Shown one piece after another: positions 39,151-50,496 of a stretch of 64,000 nucleotides of DNA. Position 1 is the first letter of the stretch. The number at the start of each line of letters is the position of its first letter. A model generated the notes under the pieces. That model saw only the letters and a program-made list of their open reading frames with translations, did no database searches and had not been told where the DNA came from. The DNA is from Octopus bimaculoides (taxonomy: Eukaryota), in contig NC_068985.1 of the NCBI RefSeq assembly GCF_001194135.2, positions 105,463,853 to 105,527,852 of the forward strand, written 5' to 3'. The translations under genes were made by a program, and so were the position numbers.

Positions 39151-39162
39151 TCACTGCCTGGA
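38870..39162 (-). mobile_element. Family D element (partial tRNA head + (AAT)n + hammerhead-containing Penelope-like tail)
   Basis: The minus strand reads TTCCAGGCAGTGACCTG-(AAT)n-...CTTAGGAATGAGAACCCAGGTTCGAAATTTCCCCAAGACACCTGATGAAGGCTGG...CCGAAACGTTGTGTTAACAACAAACAAGATGAGGACAAATATCCGTCAAGTGTAAATAATGTAAATAATG. A homologous copy is at 52462-52839. Confidence 0.85.
38975..39020 (-). ncRNA. Minimal type I hammerhead ribozyme (PLE-like)
   Basis: GACAC CTGATGA A GGCTG GAGGGTATAT CAGCC GAAA CG T T GTGTT. Stem I is GACAC/GUGUU and stem II is GGCUG/CAGCC. The CUGAUGA and GAAA cores are intact, helix III is the palindromic ACGU and the cleavage triplet is GUU. Activity untested. Confidence 0.8.
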
Positions 39163-39273
39163 AAACTCATTTAAATAAAAGGGTTGGGAACCATTTTGGG
39201 GAACTACTGTGAAAAGGTTGGGAACCATTGATTTATAGTTTTATCTATTTCGTATTACAAAACGAATTATTAA

Positions 39274-39323
<50 letters not shown>

Positions 39324-40249
39324 GGAAATAACGTCGCAAAAATAATGTGGAAAACATTGTGAGATATTTAGTTTGATGAGAGCAGCTAACAGAACTGTTC
39401 TTGTGCTGAGGAAAGAATTTTCAAATAACCTTTCCAGCTCTGTTCCAGCTTTATTCCATCTAAGATTACACAAACATTTTTTCCTTTGTTTATGATCCCC
39501 ATTTATTCCAATGTTTTGCCATTTCTTCCAAATGAATGCTTAATTCCTGGAAGACATTGAAACATAATACTTGCGGATGCACACATATACATACATGCAC
39601 TCACTCTCTCTCACACACACATGCATACACACACGCTCATACAGACACACAGGCACATTCATTTTTTTTTCTACTCTTACTATTTGATTTGTTTAACCAA
39701 TTAATTGCTGTAAAACATTCCAGAGTAATCTGGTCGTATTTAATTGGACTGTATTGTTTAATTAATTATAGCAATTAGCTAATTGGTGTGTGACCTACTT
39801 AGCTATACTACTGAACCAGTCAACACAGGACTTGCATATAGTTTGACCAGTCAAAGAAGGATATTTCACAGCAGAATCTTGGATATATATATCGTCTGCC
39901 TTTAATGTAATGATCGTTGTACTAATTCAAGGGTGTTGAAAGGAATCTTGGCTTTGGCTCAACTTTCAGTATTAAATATTTGAAAAGATCTTCTTCCACA
40001 AATAAGAATATTGGTCAACTGAGTTGGTTTTATTCTTTTAGTTCACGGGCAGGTTTGAATGTAGAAATGGAAGCTAGTGCATTACTTTTGCTTATTCAAT
40101 GTACCTTGTGTCTTTAGTGAGACATTTTGTCATCATATAGGACTCAACAAACGTACAAGATAATCCCTACGTTGAGAAAACTTCTGCAAAAGTAAACAAC
40201 CAACTCTCACTTAATTCACAACCTTTCTCTTTGATCAAAGTCAGTCCTC

Positions 40250-40420
40250 TGAGCAGCATTTCTTCCGGCTCTTTGCGTCCTGACTTCAAATTCCGCCGAA
40301 GTTGACTTGGCCTTTTATTCATTGGTGGTTGATAAATTAAGCATCAGTTAAGCACTGGGTTCGATGTAATCGACTCCACTCTCACCTAACAACTGCCGGC
40401 CTTGTGCCAAAATTAGAAGA
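40250..40420 (+). mobile_element. Degenerate SINE-B (B2 tail), head lost
   Basis: CTGACTTCAAATTCCGCCGAAGTTGAC...TCGATGTAATCGAC...GGCCTTGTGCCAAAATTAGAA. Confidence 0.8.
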
Positions 40421-40771
40421 AAAATAAGATTAACTGCATGTTAGCCGTAACCACAACAACAAAGATAATAATGACAGTATCAACAACAATAATAGAGGTA
40501 ATACATATCCCTACTTAAAAGTGGATGTCATGTTAGAAAACAGCATACTGCTATAGTCACTATGATATTGGCTTTTAGTGCATATAAGCACTTTTGTTTA
40601 CATCGCTAGCTGGAGACAACTCCCCGCCATCGTCACCGCCAAGACTTCCAGATCACGTAATTTCAGCCTTCCTGGCCTTGTCAATGGTAGACGCTCGGAC
40701 GCTAGAGATAGTAGCGACATATCTGCTAGCAATATACGTTGAATCATTGAGACTTCGAAATGTAAATATGT

Positions 40772-40989
40772 ACTCTCTCTTTTACTCTTTTATTTGTTTC
40801 AGTCATTTGACTCTGGCCATGCTGGAGTACCGCCTTTAGTCGAGCAAATCGACCCCAGGACTTATTCTTTGTAAGCCCAGTACTTATTCTATCGGTCTCT
40901 TTTGCCAAACCGGTAAGTTACGGGGGCGTAAACACACCAGCATCGGTTGTCAAGCGATGTTGAGGGGACAAACACAGACATACAAACAT

Positions 40990-41030
<41 letters not shown>

Positions 41031-41189
41031 CGACGAGCTTCTTTCAGTTTCTGTCTGCCAAATCCACTCACAAGGTCGGCCCGAGGCTATAGTAGAAGAA
41101 ACTTGCTCAAGGTGCCACGCAGTGGGAGTGAACCCGGAACCATGCGGTTAGTAAGCAAGCTACTTACCACACAGCCACTCCTACGCCTA
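40772..41189 (-). mobile_element. Near full-length SINE family A
   Basis: Reverse complement of the A consensus, from the TAGGCGTAGGAGTGGCTGTGTGG head to the GAAACAAATAAAAGAGTAAAAGAG tail, with a small internal deletion. Confidence 0.92.
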
Positions 41190-41519
41190 CAAAACCGAAT
41201 ATATACTATCTATACTTATAATATTCGGTAATAGTTGGGAAGTACTGTAGTAAGTAGTCACTGGTAGCAAGCTGGTACTCGGAACAAAATTACTTAGGCC
41301 TGATATTATGTGTACGTACATTAAAAATATGGTGGAGGGGGTCGCTGAATCGTAGCAAAAGGCTGCTGAAAAGTATTAGTAAAAAAAGAAAAAAAGAGAA
41401 TGATGGCTATAAAAAATAGTTCTATGGGTGTACATTTGACACTTGGAGAATCCGTCTTCATTTAATGCATCTAAATTAGTTTAGTCTAGCTTAAACTATT
41501 GGTAAAGGTATATATCTGT

Positions 41520-41603
41520 ATTTGAACTCAGCATGTAAAAACGGACGAAATGCCGCTAAGTATTTTGCCCGGCGTGCTAACGACAGAGCCAGCTCGCCGC
41601 CTT
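41520..41603 (-). mobile_element. SINE-B head fragment
   Basis: TTTGAACTCAG...GACGAAATGCCGCTAAGTATTTTGCCCGGCGTGCTAACG...GCCAGCTCGCCGCCTT. Confidence 0.85.
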
Positions 41604-42759
41604 TTTCGTTCCACTAATATTAATAGAAGTGAGTATACCCCGTTGCAGTACCAATATATAGCTAGGTGACTAGACCAGAGCTTGTTGAATACTTTGATCA
41701 TAAAAACACAACGCAGCTCCGACAAGGATAGAAATCATTGACCGGACCAACTTCGACTGTCAAATGAATGGAAAACAATAAATCATGATATTCTGACGAC
41801 TCTTTAATATTCTAACTATAAAATGTTTATGAGAGCACGATAAAGATAAGTTGTATGAGAAGTGGAGTGGGGGAGATAAGTATCAGAAGAAGGAGGCCAT
41901 CGTATAGTACTAGAGCATGATAAAAAGATAAAAATTACAGATATGTTGTGTCTATTAGAAAAGAAAACAAGAGGGAGGAGGGCGGGGGCGAACAACGAAT
42001 TGTAAGAAAGACTCCTGTATCGAGGTCAGGAGAAGTAGTAAACTGTTGATATAGTGAAAAACAGCGCAGAAGAAAATAACGTCTTTAAAATACAGGTGTG
42101 AACTATACTGGTAGGAATATATGCAAACAAGGGGAATATAACATACATACACGCATACACACACAGTAGATATATAAAGCAAAGCCAATATGCATATCCA
42201 ATGAAATAAAGCGTCTCATGGTGTCACACTATTAAAGAAAGAAACCTACCGTAGAATAATACCCTAATATGTTCGAGTGTCTGAGAAAATGTAATTATTA
42301 CTTTGCATGTGAACCATAGTTTCATTTGAATGAACCCGGGAATTTGTGCTTTTCTTCTTTTTTTTTCTTTGTAATTTAAAAACGAATTTTTTTCCAACCG
42401 CAACCAACATCTTGAAAATGTCTTTCCCAGTTTATTCATTCATGTCATTTTTCCATGCTTTAGCGGTGTATATTGAATACTTCTAACTGTTGGCTGACAC
42501 TAAGTCGCTATCGCTATTTCATCTTACGGTGACTAATGTCCTTAAGAGCCAGTCGTCAACCACGAACGAGTATGGCTAAGTAACATACATCATGCTTACG
42601 CTTCTTATTGTAAATGCTTTTGTAGTCATAAACAGACATAGACACTCTCTCTACTCTCCCACCCTCTGACCTAGAGGCATGCCCCACTGGAGAGAGAGGG
42701 AGAGGGAGAGGAAGAGAGAAAGAGCGCTGTACCAACACTCATCTTTTTTTCTTCAATTT

Positions 42760-42890
42760 TAGCTGAGTATACTGGAGCAACGGGAAATGAAATGTTTTGC
42801 ACTAGGACACAACGCGTTGCTTGATCCGGCAGTTGAACTCACGACAACTTGATCGGGAACCGAACACTCAAGCCACCAGATCACGCGCCT
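42760..42890 (-). mobile_element. Degenerate SINE family E
   Basis: AGCTGAGTATACTGGAGCAACGGGAAATGAAATGTTTTGC...ACACAAC matches 44790-44952. Confidence 0.65.
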
Positions 42891-42949
42891 TTACACCTAT
42901 CCATAAAAACGGAATATTATTGCACCTCTTAGATTTTAACGTTACTGAT

Positions 42950-44150
42950 ACCTATAAAAGCGAATTGATTGGTATCAGAACGACACCAATATCAAATTCT
43001 TCCCAAAATCTTCTTTCCCTTTTACACATAGCCAACGGAATTGCAAATCCGATCCTTCGGATTTTATTTCGCAAATTTGATTGCAGACCAACAACTTGAG
43101 TAATTACACTCACGTTTTTTTCTGAGGGGCAAGTTTCTATCTAGAAGTTGTACAGAGAGGAACACAACTTTAGCAATATCATATAAACACATTGTTCTGG
43201 ATAAATAAAAGTAGTTCGGAAAAGCGTGCTGTTTTAATGCATTGCATGTAAAAAGGGCCCTGTATAATTGACGAGTGAGCAAAAATCATCCGGTGAGTAA
43301 AGCTTAGACGGGGTAATGGAATAGTCAGACCGAACAGTCGTTAGAGTAGCAACTATGACGGACCCTCTGTACGTTGGCTTGATTTGCTAGAAAACAACCG
43401 TCAATTCGCTCTCAAATAATACCCCAACGTTTTAAATGAAAGACATTTTTCTTTATTGGTTCAGTCTGGAATAAGGTGCTGTGTCCATAGTATTCAGAGA
43501 CTTCAGAGATCAATGAGGTGGCTTGGGTTAATCTTCCCTTTGAACAGTTGTAAGCTGACGGGTACAGGAAAACATTGGCAACAAGGGAAATGCAGCTAAT
43601 TGGCATTTGGAGACAGAAACACCGAAGAAAGACCGAGTGAAATGTATAGGGTTAGTTTACACGATGTAGGTGGTCAAAAAAAGGGAAGTAGAGTAAGCAG
43701 ATTGTGCTTGGATAAAGGTGCACGAAAATTGCAGCTCCGAGGGCAATAAGCCATTGTTGCAGAGTGAGCAGCATTTGGAGTGATCTCGTCTGTGGGCCAA
43801 GGGAGAGTGTTTGAATTTAGAGAGAGAAGGGAGGATTTAGACCAATCGTCTGCGTTGTTTTTTGTGGGATGCAGTCTAAGATGGCTGCATGTGCAGCAGC
43901 GGTATCACCCTAAATGAGGGAGCAACACTCAAGTGTGGGCATCATTTGAGCTTTTTAAAGGCTTTATAGTCGTAACTGCATTACGTTCTGGTCGTGAAAA
44001 GGAAGATCAGTCTTCGCGGAGCAGCCTTTGCAATGAAGTCGTTTGGAAAAAGATGTCCTTATTAATGATGAAGCCGAGAATATACAAAAAGTACATGACA
44101 GTGACAACTGCAATGTCTTTGAAACAAAAGCTGCATAATCAAGTTTGACC
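42950..44150 (-). mobile_element. Possible CRE/NeSL-like non-LTR retrotransposon C-terminal remnant
   Basis: Weak minus-strand similarity by eye to LP..GLG, WL.A.P, a Cys-rich knuckle region (AYNCSKGR) and K..KY-like (RKKRECNY) motifs. Very decayed. Confidence 0.35.
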
Positions 44151-44789
44151 TGGGGTTAAATAACAACCAGCAACCATCAAATAGCTTGACCCTATTTCAT
44201 TAAGTGTTGCATGATAATATTCGGCTTTTCAGTTATGATAAAACACATGTTAAGTTATCAGCCGTGGTGTTTGAATGAAGTACAAGCTGTTGAGATTTTT
44301 TATATTTTTGTTTACTTATTATTATTATGTTTTTGTTTTTTCGTGAACGAGCTGCTATGTTTAGTGAGATTATTTTCGTTTAGAAGTTGTTTTGCTTTCT
44401 TTCTTTTTTCTTTTTTTTTCTTCTTCCCAGATCTTGTTTCAACAGATTTCATATTTAAATAAATATTTATTTAATTTATATGAGCTGTAACTCTTCTTGT
44501 GCTGGCAAGATTGTGATCGTGGTAGTAGTGAAGGAAGAAGATTTGATTGTTTTTCTTTTTTATCCAAAATGATTCCGGAAAAGGGTAGGTTTTTTTCAAC
44601 GACATTTAAGTCATTCCTCGTGTCACCATTTTATACATTTTCGGCTTTCCCTACCCCAGTCAGCGTTGGATGCACTGAAGGACTTGACAAGCTTGGGCAT
44701 AAAGTATTATTGTTAGTCCATATTACTCCGTAAGAAGCATAGGGACGGTTCCTTGGTTTCACTTGTGCCTATTCCTCTCTGAACAAGAC

Positions 44790-44952
44790 GCCGGTCCGTC
44801 GCAGGATTACTCATTTTTACATGCTGAGTGGACTGGAGCAACGTAAAATGAAATGTTTTGCTCAAGAACACAACACGTCACCCAGTCCAGGAATCGAAAC
44901 CACAATCTTACGTTCATGAGTCCAGCTACCTAACCACTAACTCCAGCGTCTC
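44790..44952 (-). mobile_element. tRNA-derived SINE family E (CORE-like centre)
   Basis: Minus-strand head TAGTGGTTAGG...GGTTTCGATTCCTGGACTGGG, then TGTGTTCTTGAGCAAAACATTTCATTTTACGTTGCTCCAGTCCACTCAGC. Confidence 0.8.
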
Positions 44953-45276
44953 TACCATAGGGTGTTATGATGACTGCGAAACCTGACAGTGGTTGGGTGA
45001 AGAGGACAGATTATAGGTGCCAGAAAAGTGGAGAAACGAACGAGTGAGACGGCAGTGCTTGAAAGTGGGTGGTTCGAGGTAAACAAGCGCCGAGAATGAA
45101 AGACCATGCAGTTGTAGAAAAAGGAGAGTGAAAAGACAGTGTATGACGTTTGCAGATACCATTGCTTTGCTGAATGACTAGAACGTGATACCTGGTATTA
45201 CGAGTGAACCCGCAATCTTAAGATCATAGACTATACACCCAAAAAATTAGGACATGCGCCTTTATTATGCTGCACA

Positions 45277-45655
45277 TTGGTTGGCACTCCGTCGGTTACG
45301 ACGACGAGGGTTCCAGTTGATCCGATCAACTGAACAGCCTGCTCGTGAAATTAACGTGCAAGTAGCTGAGCACTCCACAGACACGTGTGCCCTTAACGTA
45401 GTTCTCGGGGATATTCAGCGTGACACAGTGTGACAAGGCTGGCCCTTTGAAATACAGGCACAACAGAAACAGGAAGAAAGAGTGAGAGAAAGTTGTAGTG
45501 AAAGAGTACAGCAGGGTTCACCACCATCCCCTGCCGGAGCCTCGTGGAATTTTAGGTGTTTTCGTTCAATAAACACTCACAACGCCCGGTCTGGGAATCG
45601 AAACCACGATCTTATGACCGTGAGTCCGCTGCCCTAACCGCCATTGTGCCTCCAC
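45277..45655 (-). mobile_element. Full-length SINE family C
   Basis: Colinear with 6599-6989, with a short deletion in the A-box region. Confidence 0.92.
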
Positions 45656-45703
45656 AACATCTAGCATCCATACATGTATATACATATGTGTTTCTGTCTG
45701 TGA

Positions 45704-45707
<4 letters not shown>

Positions 45708-45738
<31 letters not shown>

Positions 45739-45795
45739 TGCATGTATGTATGTATGTATGTATGTATGTATGTATGTATGTATGTATGTATGTAT
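45708..45795. repeat. (TATG)n microsatellite
   Basis: Direct reading. Confidence 0.95.
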
Positions 45796-46100
45796 GGCAT
45801 CTTGGGCAAGTGTCTTCTACTATAGCCTCGGGCCGACCAAAGCCTTGTGAGTGGATTTGGTACACGGAAACTGAAAGGAGCCCATCATGTGTGTGTGTGA
45901 GTGTTTGTCCCCTACCATCTCTTGACACCCACGTTTGTGTGTTTACGTTCCTGTAACTTAGCGGTTCGACAATAGAGACCGATAGAATAAGTACTAGGCT
46001 TGCAAAGATTAAGCCTTGGGGTTGACTTGTTCGACTAAAGACGATGCTCCAGCATGACTGCAATCAAATGATTGAAACAAGTAAACGAATAAAAAAGAAT
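45795..46100 (+). mobile_element. 5'-truncated SINE family A
   Basis: Starts at TGGCATCTTGGGCAAGTGTCTTCTAC and ends at GAAACAAGTAAACGAATAAAAAAGAAT. Confidence 0.9.
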
Positions 46101-46443
46101 ACATATAGTCAGACAGACAGACAGACAGACAGATAGATAGGTAGATAGATAGATATCATCTCCCTTTCTTTCAACCTCTCCTTTCAAACTTTTTTCTAAT
46201 CATTCGCCATACTTGACCGCTGAAATCTACAAGTTCTTTTTCATTTTCTCTCTGTTTATTTTCTCTTATTCCTTTTCCTTTTCTCGAGTGACAAACTTCA
46301 TACACCTATCTTCGTCTTTTGCTTTTTTTCCATTTCAACTATACATATATATATATATATGATACATGATATATGTGCATTCGTGCATTCTTGGTAACTG
46401 TCAACTCGTAGACACGCGCATACATATTCGTCGACGAGTATGA

Positions 46444-46610
46444 AGGCGCGTGGCCTAGTGGTTAGGGTGTTGTACTCACGCTCACGAGATTGTAGTTTCG
46501 ATTCCAAGACTGGTTGTGCATTGTGTTCTTGAGCAAAACGCTTTGTTTCACATTGCTCCAGTCCACTCAACTATAAATAAGTAACCTTGTGACAGATTGG
46601 CGTACAACGG
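46444..46610 (+). mobile_element. tRNA-derived SINE family E
   Basis: A box TGGCCTAGTGG, B box GTTTCGATTCC, centre TGTGTTCTTGAGCAAAACG...TTGCTCCAGTCCACTCA. Confidence 0.85.
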
Positions 46611-46901
46611 TGAAATCGTGACTCAGGAAAACCACTCAAACGGGGCGGGGGGGGGGTCTCACGTGCCACGATTTGTATTCAGCGATCGCAAGGATAAATA
46701 GTACAAACCGTATTGTGAATCCCCGATTTGTCGGTATTGGTTATTCAACCACGTCGAAGGTCTTCCCCATGACCATCACTGATAAATTATCTTATCCTTG
46801 ATATTAATGACAACGCCTATCAACAGCGATCGTGCTGAAATTTGAAGTCAATAACACCTTGCACAACAGAGATAAGACATACAAAGCCAAGTAGTCTAGA
46901 A

Positions 46902-47219
46902 CAGGGATTTTCAAACTTTTTGACTTGCGGGCCCCTTTATATTTCAGGCTTTACCTTAGGGACCCCCTTATAAACGCTTATGAAATTTATACATAAATAT
47001 TTGCTTAAAATAACATAAATATTTGCTTAAAATAACATATATTTTTACATTTATTTATTTAACAGTATTTAACAAATAGGTTTATTGTCAATTAAAAGAT
47101 TTCGATCAAAAAACATATATAAAATCAAATTGCCCATAAAAAGTATTTGCTGTCCACGGACCCCCTATCTTGTCCTTGCGGACCCCTGTGGTCCGCGGAC
47201 CACAATTTGAAAACCCTTG
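46902..47219. mobile_element. Complete non-autonomous hAT element (MITE) with TIRs and 8-bp TSD
   Basis: TIRs CAGGGATTTTCAAACT and AATTTGAAAACCCTTG. TSD GTCTAGAA (46894-46901) and GGCTAGAA (47220-47227), a Charlie-type NTCTAGAN target. Subterminal GGACCCC motifs and an internal 22-bp tandem duplication. Confidence 0.9.
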
Positions 47220-47594
47220 GGCTAGAAGACGGGTGTTCTTTCGAAATTTTCTACTCCAAGAGAAATCTCTAAACAAAGTCCTAGGATGGAGGGGGGATCA
47301 CTCAATCCTAACTGTTGGGTGGCTTTTCACTGTGCTGAGTTCATCTGCCCTTTGGCAGGTTTTATTTTTCGTCCTTCAGGTGTCCAACGAAAGTTATCCA
47401 GGCTTTGTAGTGTTGCCCGTTTAATCGCCTACGGTGCTATCATGCTAATGGTTATATTGTGATACATGTTACCAGTAGTACTAAGAGTGACTTGACATAC
47501 ATACATGCATGCATACATACAAATTTACACAGACACCTACATACTTACAAACATACATACATATGTTCATACTTACATATTTACTTGTGTATAT

Positions 47595-47689
47595 GTGTGT
47601 GTGTGTATTCATGTGTGTGTGTATTCATGTGTGTGTGTATTCATGTGTGTGTGTATTCATGTGTGTGTGTATGCATGTGTGTGTGTATT

Positions 47690-47725
<36 letters not shown>
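47595..47725. repeat. 16-bp minisatellite (GTGTGTGTGTATTCAT) x6 grading into (GT)n
   Basis: ATTCAT or ATGCAT at 47607, 47623, 47639, 47655, 47671 and 47687. Confidence 0.95.
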
Positions 47726-48013
47726 TGTGTATCCAAGCCTGAAGAAGGTGAACGAGGATCCGCTGGTACAACGTTGTGGATCCCGGAGAGCCGAGAAGAG
47801 GCTCATGGATATCTGATGGAGCTCTCCCTCTCTCAAAAACAAGCAAAAAATACATTATAACCTCCTTAAATTTCCAGCGGAGTTCCCTTAGAATAGGATC
47901 GAAAGCACTTTCGTTTCACTTACCAGTGTATCCAAAGGAGATCACATGTTTAACCTCTTCTTAATTAAACACAATTTATTTACAGTTGTTTCATAGCTCA
48001 TTTTGTTAGTTGA

Positions 48014-48425
48014 AAACTGTATAATTAATACCTTGTGGTATTTAATTCAATCTTTCTGTATCTTCGCTTCAATCTATGTGGTGCTGGTAGTGGTTGGTAA
48101 AGAAATCATTCGACCGGTGGCGATAGCACTCGCCTGACTGAATAGTGACGTCATGTTTCAGTACAAATCAATAAATAGCTGACGATTTCATCAACAATTA
48201 ACCGCTTCAAACTGTATAAGTAATACCTTGTGGCATTTAATTTTTTTCCCCTACGTCTTCACTTCAATTTATGTAGTGACGGTGGTGAAGGATGAGAGAG
48301 AGACCCTTCGATCGACAGTGATAGCACTCCCTTGAAGATGTTGCGATATTGCGTGTCATTACAAGAAATCAATTAAAAAAAAAAAAGCAGACGATCACCG
48401 CGGCCATTACTACTCAAACTTTTAA
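48014..48425. repeat. Diverged 195-bp-period tandem duplication
   Basis: AAACTGTATAA(T/G)TAATACCTTGTGG(T/C)ATTTAATT...CTTC(G/A)CTTCAAT(C/T)TATGT...GATAGCACTC begins at 48014 and 48209. Confidence 0.8.
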
Positions 48426-48839
48426 GTTGTAAACAAGAAGGGGATGAAATAAAAAGAAAGTAAGACAAGGTTATCATTATATAATATAACAACACTGCAA
48501 CGCCGTGTTAAGCAATTAGGCTGAATTCGCGTGGTTCGTTCGTTCGTTCGCTTACATAGTGTTATCTTCGACGTATTCCACTTCCCAAATTTTATGTTGA
48601 GAGTCTGTTATAAATTAACGAATATATAAAACCGACTCCAGGGGTGTTTTTTGGTTGGGTGGGGGCTCGTTTTCTAGGTCATTTTTTTCTTTTCATTGAA
48701 TAGCTTATACTTTTTCTACACTAATGATAAACATGATATACTGTTATCTAAACATATGGTATTTATTCAATAAAATGATGTGTAAGTTTGCTTTATTAAG
48801 ATGTTAGGCATATTTCTAGTACCTATAATGATATATGCA

Positions 48840-49250
48840 CAAACACGCGTGCACACACACACACATAGACACACACACATACACACACACACACACATAC
48901 ACACACACACATCATATATAAACATACACAGACAAATGAACACGCAAACACGCATCCACTAAGAGTGCATGTGTTTGTGTATGCACTAACACACATGAGC
49001 GCGCGCGTTTGTGTACACACATACACACATTTAATGTTGTTTTTCAAGTGTATATCTATGTGTGTGTTTATACAGGCACACACATAAATATTTATGCAAA
49101 CGTCTATAAATACATAGATACACATACATACATACATACATACATACAAACATTCATAAATATATACATACACTCCAACACAAACACTCACGCACACACA
49201 CACATACAGACGCGCACTTGTTTACGTACATACATACATACATACATAAA
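48840..49250. repeat. CA/CATA-rich degenerate microsatellite field
   Basis: Direct reading. Confidence 0.9.
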
Positions 49251-49679
49251 CAGTCCGCCGCAGCAATTAAGAAAGATACTACATAAATACTAAACGTTGA
49301 GAAAACTGACTGACAAACACTCTGCAAAAGCAGATTATCTCTGAAAAGGATTGATGGTGGGGTGGTGGGGGAGGTGGAGAGATATTACGTACTGAGATCT
49401 ATTGTGTGTTGGTAGCTCTAGATAAGACATTTCAATATGTGTAGCGGTGGTCGGGTATGGAGCGAGAGGAGTGGGACTGAGGTAAAACTTGTTGAGTAAA
49501 GAGCAGCAATGTAGGTTGTGGGCTTTTTTTTTTATTGTTTCTGTTGTTGCTGTTTGTTTATTTTGTTTTTCGTAAATTGCTAATTGAGATTTATGCTGCA
49601 CATAGATCAATCATAACAGAATATATAAAGTTGATTTCGAGCGCAACAATCTTTGTACCTTATACTCTCTAGACGTGGG

Positions 49680-50496
49680 CTACGGAATAGTAGAAAGCAT
49701 TGTGTCTAAAAACCATCGAAATTCGGCAGCAAGAATAACAACATAGCGAAACCTTTGTCAACCCTGAGTCAAGCAAAATTGTTTGTCATGAGCTCCAAAA
49801 AGTTGGACCCATAGAACTTGTGTCCTCCACCAACTGATAAAAGGGTGAAAATGGTGTGTAGACTATCCGAAGTGTCGATGGCTCAATGGAACAACGTCTT
49901 CTCTGATGAATCATCAATCACCCTTTGTTCCACTTTGGGGCGAGTTTATGTCTGGGGACAGCTGAAAGAGGCCTTCAACCCTCTCTGTGTGGCTCCTACC
50001 AAGAAACATGGAGGTGGCTCGGTGATGAGTTGGGCAGCGATATCACAGAATTTAGTTGTGCTACATGGTACAGTTAATGCCAAGGATTATCTGAGCAATG
50101 GCTGATCTTGCTCCTGTCGAACAAACATTGTTCCCTAGTGGTAGCACGATTTTCCAGGACAATAATGCGCCTATTCACACGGCTGTTATTCAAAATTGGT
50201 ATGAAGAGCACGAAATTGAAGTAGACCTCTTGAATTGCAACCACTACCACCACCAAATCACTGGATCTCACTTTAATCGAACATTTATGAAGCATTTTGA
50301 AGAAGCACGTGCGAAGACTCTTCCGCTATCATCGCTGAAAGACCTAAAGCAGGCACCCCTAATAACCGCTCAGAACCTGTGTAAGTCAATTCCTCAACAT
50401 ATTAAAGCTATGGTTGATGCCTAAGGTGAACTAGCTCCGTATTAAAATAATAAACTTTCCTTTAACAAGGTGTTTTCATTATTTTGTCTATCTGTA
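49680..50496 (+). mobile_element. Tc1-family transposase pseudogene with right TIR remnant
   Basis: ORF 49818-50105 has WNNVFSDESS...GRVYVW...PTKKHGGGSVMSWAAIS. ORF 50098-50424 has IFQDNNAPIHT. The terminal GGTGTTTTCATTATTTTGTCTATCTGTA resembles a Tc1 TIR ending in TA. Confidence 0.9.
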
